Shown here one piece after another: positions 59,681-64,000 of a DNA stretch of 64,000 nt. The stretch is from Amoebophrya sp. A120. Its lineage: Eukaryota > Protista > Dinoflagellata. The first letter of the stretch is position 1; each line of letters starts with the position of its first letter. The stretch spans positions 8,141,224 to 8,205,223 of the forward strand of contig CAJINV010000002.1 in the NCBI GenBank assembly GCA_905178155.1. Reading direction: 5' to 3'. The notes beneath the pieces were generated by a model. The model saw only the letters and a program-made list of their open reading frames with translations. It did not search any database and was not told where the DNA came from. Position numbers and translations under genes: made by a program.

Positions 59681-61990
59681 ATGAATTTCGGCGTGGATCT
59701 CTTCCGCTTGTACGAGAACCACAAGAAGGAATCGGAGGCGGCGGGGAATTATGAGACGGCCGCAACCACCGCCCTGCGGCTGCATCAAATGCGGACCGTA
59801 GAGCAAAAGCGGCAAAAAGCGTACAGATACTTTGCTTACTCAGATTTCGATCTCATTTCTTTCGTGTAGAAGCTTTTGTTTCAGTAGTGTTGGGTGCAAC
59901 TTGATTCAGAGAAACTCACAATTGCAGGAGCAAATATCTTTACCTGTACGTAAATGCAAATCGTCGCAGGTCACTTGCCCAGCGCCACAAAACCGAGCTG
60001 GAAGCTCTGGAGGCCGCACAGGTGCAGGCAAAACTGGAATTGGTCGAGTATTCAGTTCTTAAACGTTACATTTTCAGCTGTTACATGCATTTGTGACGCA
60101 AGGATAGGAAAAGTGAAATGGGGGAGCTTGCTGCACCTCTCGCATCACAAATTAGCTCGGCACAGATTTTGGCGGTGTTTAAGTTTTTCAAGAATTTGTC
60201 AAACGAAGTAGCTCCGTCGTGTGGATGTGGATGGTAATTTTGCATGACAAATTCACGGAGCAAAATGGGTCGCCCTGCCCTTAGCCTTCCAACATGACAA
60301 ATTCACGGAACAGCTGACAGCGTAAGGTTTGAGAACTCCATAGCGAGGCTGAAAAAGCCGCAGTCGGCCAGCTGCTAGCGCACGAGTCGGAGCAGCATGC
60401 GAAATTGCGGGCCAGACATGCGAAGGAACTGGAGAATGTTTCGCCGCCAGCGCGTAGCTCTACTCGAGCCACCACGTCAGCAGGTGCGGAAACGAGTAAC
60501 AGCACTGGAAGTTGTTGTAGCACCAAGGACGAACAAGAAGGGCACTACGAGATCGCCACAAAAAGCACAACTGGAGGTTTCGAAGCAGCTCCTGAGAGGT
60601 CGACCAGCACTGCTACTGGTAGTACGAATGCAGCAACTGCTGTGACGAAACAAAAGCCGACAGCCGAAATTCTGCAACTGGAAACTCGCCTGAAGCACAT
60701 CGTCTCCCAAGGCCTTTACGCCAAAGCACGTAAAATCGCTCAGCAGAAACAGATGCTAGTGCAGGAGCAAGAAGCGCGCGCAACGGTACTAATACAACAC
60801 ACAGATGTACAGATGCTTGCTGTAGTTGCATAGAAGGTTAGAACTAGATGCTTCGTTTTTGTCGCAGCGAGCAACGTGTCTCAGACACTGTCACTGAAGC
60901 CTAGTACCGACTAAAAATATTTAAAAAATATTGCGGACAAGTTCGTGAACGAAACATTACCGAAGCATTACCGAGTGGATCATCTAAAGATCTAATCCTG
61001 TTTCTTGTTTAAGATTAAAAACGACAAAGTCGACATCAACGCTGACACCCAGGCCTCCCTGCCGCTCGAAGCGGAGACCAAAGCTTCAAAATTGGCGCAA
61101 AAGCACCAAGCTGAGCGCGACGCGCTGGAGGCCCGTCTGCGGCGCGGGCGCGACTGTTTGCGCCGCAACCAAGAAGATGCGTTCCAGCAGCTGCATATCC
61201 TGAGTAAAAACATCCCCACACCAGAGTCAAGATGGGGATTTTGCAACACAAACCTAGAACTTCTGGGGGTCACGCATCACAAGTTGCAGTCCGTAGTGTA
61301 GTGCAGGTTCGCAAGGCCAGCTGCATCAGAAATCCATCTGCTCATCCTGTTTACAGCATTACAAATTCGAAAACACGACTAAAAATGCTTCTCCTGGCGA
61401 TGCGCATTACAAATGTTCCTGTCATTGCAAATCTGCATGACAACTCTGGTGTGGGGACGTTTTTACTCAGGATACTGCAATTACGGCAGGCAAAGGCGCT
61501 CGCGAATCTGCAAACCAAGCACCGCTGCGAGCTGGCGCAGTTGGAAGCAAAATGCAGGAACACGGCGAGGAAGCAACATGCAGGAATATTACAGGACGGA
61601 AGCGAAATCTTCGAAACAGATGTTGCTCAGCGACTGCAGGGCAAAACTTTGCTGCAGACAACCAGCAGGGAAAACAGTCCGCGGGGAGGACGAGCCGTCC
61701 CATCTTCACATAGAAGTCCTCGCTGCAAAAGTCCTACTTTCCTCGCTTCGGGCAAGTTGTTCGAGGTGGATAGGGCTGCTTATAGCGAAACGTCATTTTT
61801 CAATACCAGTATTAGTGAAGAGTTTGCTTCCAAAGAACTAAACAGGCCCCCGATAGTGAGTGCGTTTGATGCAAGTCAGAATAAGGACAGTGTCAGTTCA
61901 GCCATGAGCAGGTTTACCGCGGAGGAGCGCAGTCGCACGCTCGGAAGTGGTGGTGATCACTGGAGTAGAAATCCTCGAAAGAAGTTCTAG
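59681..61990 (+). CDS. Coiled-coil hypothetical protein (multi-exon, internal junctions only partly resolved)
   Basis: Helical segments YENHKKESEAAGNYETA, KLAQKHQAERDALEARL; ORFs 61005 and 61232 join after removing element 61196. Confidence 0.6.
61196..61474. mobile_element. Introner family B
   Basis: TSD CTGCA; empty GCATGACAACTC site. Confidence 0.92.
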
Positions 61991-62661
61991 TTTGCTTTTG
62001 CTGTATACACGGGCATCAAGAACAAGAATCTTCCACCACCAAGCTCGGAAGATGAAAAGATGGAGCGTCGTCGCTTTGTTCCCATTGATTGTTCCCAAGT
62101 GATTTTCAGTTGCGTGGCTTCTATTCTTCTATTGCTTCGCACTGACGAGGACGAGTGTGCTGAAGTCGTTGTGGCTCTCGAGGAGCACTGCGTTGTGCGC
62201 CTGTAAAGACCACAGCAGCGTACAAATAAAGGACGAGTAGTCTGGCGCCGTGTCCTTGCCCCGGCTGGGTCCGCGTGCCGACGACCGGGCTGGATGCAAA
62301 CAAGAGAAAGAGAAAGAGCGAGAGGAGCAGCTATAATTTTACTCAGTACTAGAGGCAGATAGATTTTAGACAAAAGTGAACGCTCTGTCTGCTGATCGAC
62401 GATCAACAATTTGAACAGAACAACTGCTGTATTTAAATGTCGAGAAGCACAGAGTACTTACAGCTTGTCTGCGTGTTTTCAAGTAATTTATTGCGAGCGC
62501 TTTTTCATACGGCCGTGTTGGTACAGCTTTTACAAATGTCTTAATGTGTCCTCGGACAACATCAAGAAAAAGAATCGCGGTGTCACGATAGCATTGACCC
62601 CTCTCGGCGTCCGACCGTGAAAACAAGATTGCCTCGGATTCGTCGAAAAACAGAATCGAAG

Positions 62662-64000
62662 ATGCCGAAAATCGCCCTCACCCGCGAGGACGGTCTGAAT
62701 GACCAACTCGAGCAGGCCGTTCGAGCGCACTACATGAAGCACGTGTCGGTGTTCGATGACCACATTTCGTATGAGGAGCTCCCGGGTGTCGAGCAGATCA
62801 AGGGCCCGGACTTCCAGCGGCTGGCCCGGCTCTGGGATAAGGAAGAGTTCGACTGCTGCTGCCTGCTTGGGACGGAAGCGGCCAAGATCTACGTGGACCA
62901 GTGCAAGCACTTCGACTACGCGAAGTTGGTGTGCGTGGGCAAGGGCACACTGGAAGTCTTGCAGAAGGAGAGGAGGAGCAGCAACGTGGTGACGCTGCCG
63001 GACAAGGCCACCGCCGACGGCACCGGGTTAGCGGACCACTTGCCCCTGGCAGTCGGCACCCGCCTGCTGCTGCTCTGTTCGGTGCAGCAGAAAGACGAAT
63101 GTACTTCTTATTCTTGAAGATGTGACGAGGTCCGATAGTTGCTTCGGAATATTATTCGGAGGACGAGCGCTATCTAGAGAGATCACTTTGTACTTCAGGG
63201 TGAGGAAGTGCAGCTTTTTGTTGATGCTGAATAACATAGAAAGGTGCCGTTCTACTTCGCAATCATTTGTTTACATCGTGAACAAGTAGAAGAGTTTACA
63301 CACACTACAGGCAAATCCACTTTAGAGCAGCGGGGTTTCGAGACCACGGTGTTTCAGGTGTATTCCACCCATATCAAATGCAAAAGTGTCTGGGTCTGGA
63401 AGAATAATGCTGTTTTTGCATGACACAGAAGGTCTGGCATGGAAGCTCCAGCATCACAGGTTTGGAGAAGCGTTCACAATGCCGAATCCGCATGACAAAC
63501 CCCTGACTTTTGTGACAGAAAGCGGGCAACTTTTGCTGCCTATGCATGAGAGATTTTTCTGTGTTCTGAAATGCGCATCACAAGTTTGCACTCTTCCAGA
63601 CCCAGACATTTTTGCATTTGATAACCCAGCCCCGCACGGAGCCCCCGACGACCTTCGACTTTTCGAAAGTGGACATCTGGACCTTCGGCAGCGCCTCGGC
63701 CGTGAAGGGCGTCGCGCAATGGAAGACGGCCAACGTGAAGGTCGCGATTTGCGTGAACCTGACCACCGCGAAAACGGCACAACAGCTGCTGCCCGCGAAA
63801 CTGGAGGACGGCAGCGAACTGAAGATCGAGTGTGCGGACAAATCCGGTGTGAAATCCTGGGCCGCGAAGGTGGTGGACTTCCTGAAAAATGGGCCGAGCA
63901 AAGAACAGAAGGACTTCGCGGCCGAGAAGGACAAAGAAGCAGCAGACCACCACCTCCCGGCGAAGAGTAGCGGAGCAGCGACGAGTAAAGCAAGCGCAAC
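62662..64000 (+). CDS. hemD: Uroporphyrinogen-III synthase (3'-partial)
   Basis: KIALTREDGLNDQL, ELPGVEQIKGPDFQRL, VCVGKGT, PDKAT, LEQRGFETTVFQVYST, TFGSASAVK, KSGVKSWA resemble plant/algal UROS; GT-AG intron 63101-63310 plus element 63372. Confidence 0.8.
63372..63623. mobile_element. Introner family A
   Basis: Family A TIRs; TSD ACCCA. Confidence 0.92.

Noticed and set aside
60049-60313. Intron with CATGACAAATTCACGGA twice as another introner
   Set aside because: Motifs are present but I could not define TIRs or a TSD; possibly a highly eroded copy.
2793-63623. Recurrent TGTCTGGGTCTGGAAG repeats as a CRISPR array
   Set aside because: They occur as dispersed inverted pairs bounding elements with TSDs; no regular spacers, no cas genes, eukaryotic context.
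2960-63953. Many short ORFs sharing peptides [31 protein letters not shown]
   Set aside because: These are translations of the family A TIR in different frames, not a protein family.

Overview
Eukaryotic, intron-rich genomic DNA, most consistent with a syndinian dinoflagellate parasite (Amoebophrya-like). This assignment is inferred from a DVNP gene, co-oriented genes and non-canonical introns. About 12 genes, all on the + strand: XRN2-like exoribonuclease, PAN/apple-like membrane protein, extended DVNP, multi-pass membrane protein, helical-repeat/RAP protein, 35-aa Met/Lys peptide, Ser/Thr-rich protein, arrestin-fold protein, a large orphan, AN1 zinc finger, coiled-coil protein and HemD/UROS. 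The dominant feature is about 45 MITE-like elements, mostly 150-370 bp, with TAT...ATA termini, imperfect terminal inverted repeats (TIRs) and 5-bp target-site duplications (TSDs), inserted in coding sequence. In each case traced by hand, removing the element plus one TSD copy restores the reading frame, usually without GT-AG, and related copies occur in both orientations. All main families carry an iterated GCATNACA/TGTNATGC motif. Two family-B copies contain unrelated secondary insertions at the identical (G)CATGACAACTC site, and a family-A copy contains an (AACG)n-tailed insert. Coordinates and gene models were derived by eye and need RNA-seq confirmation.
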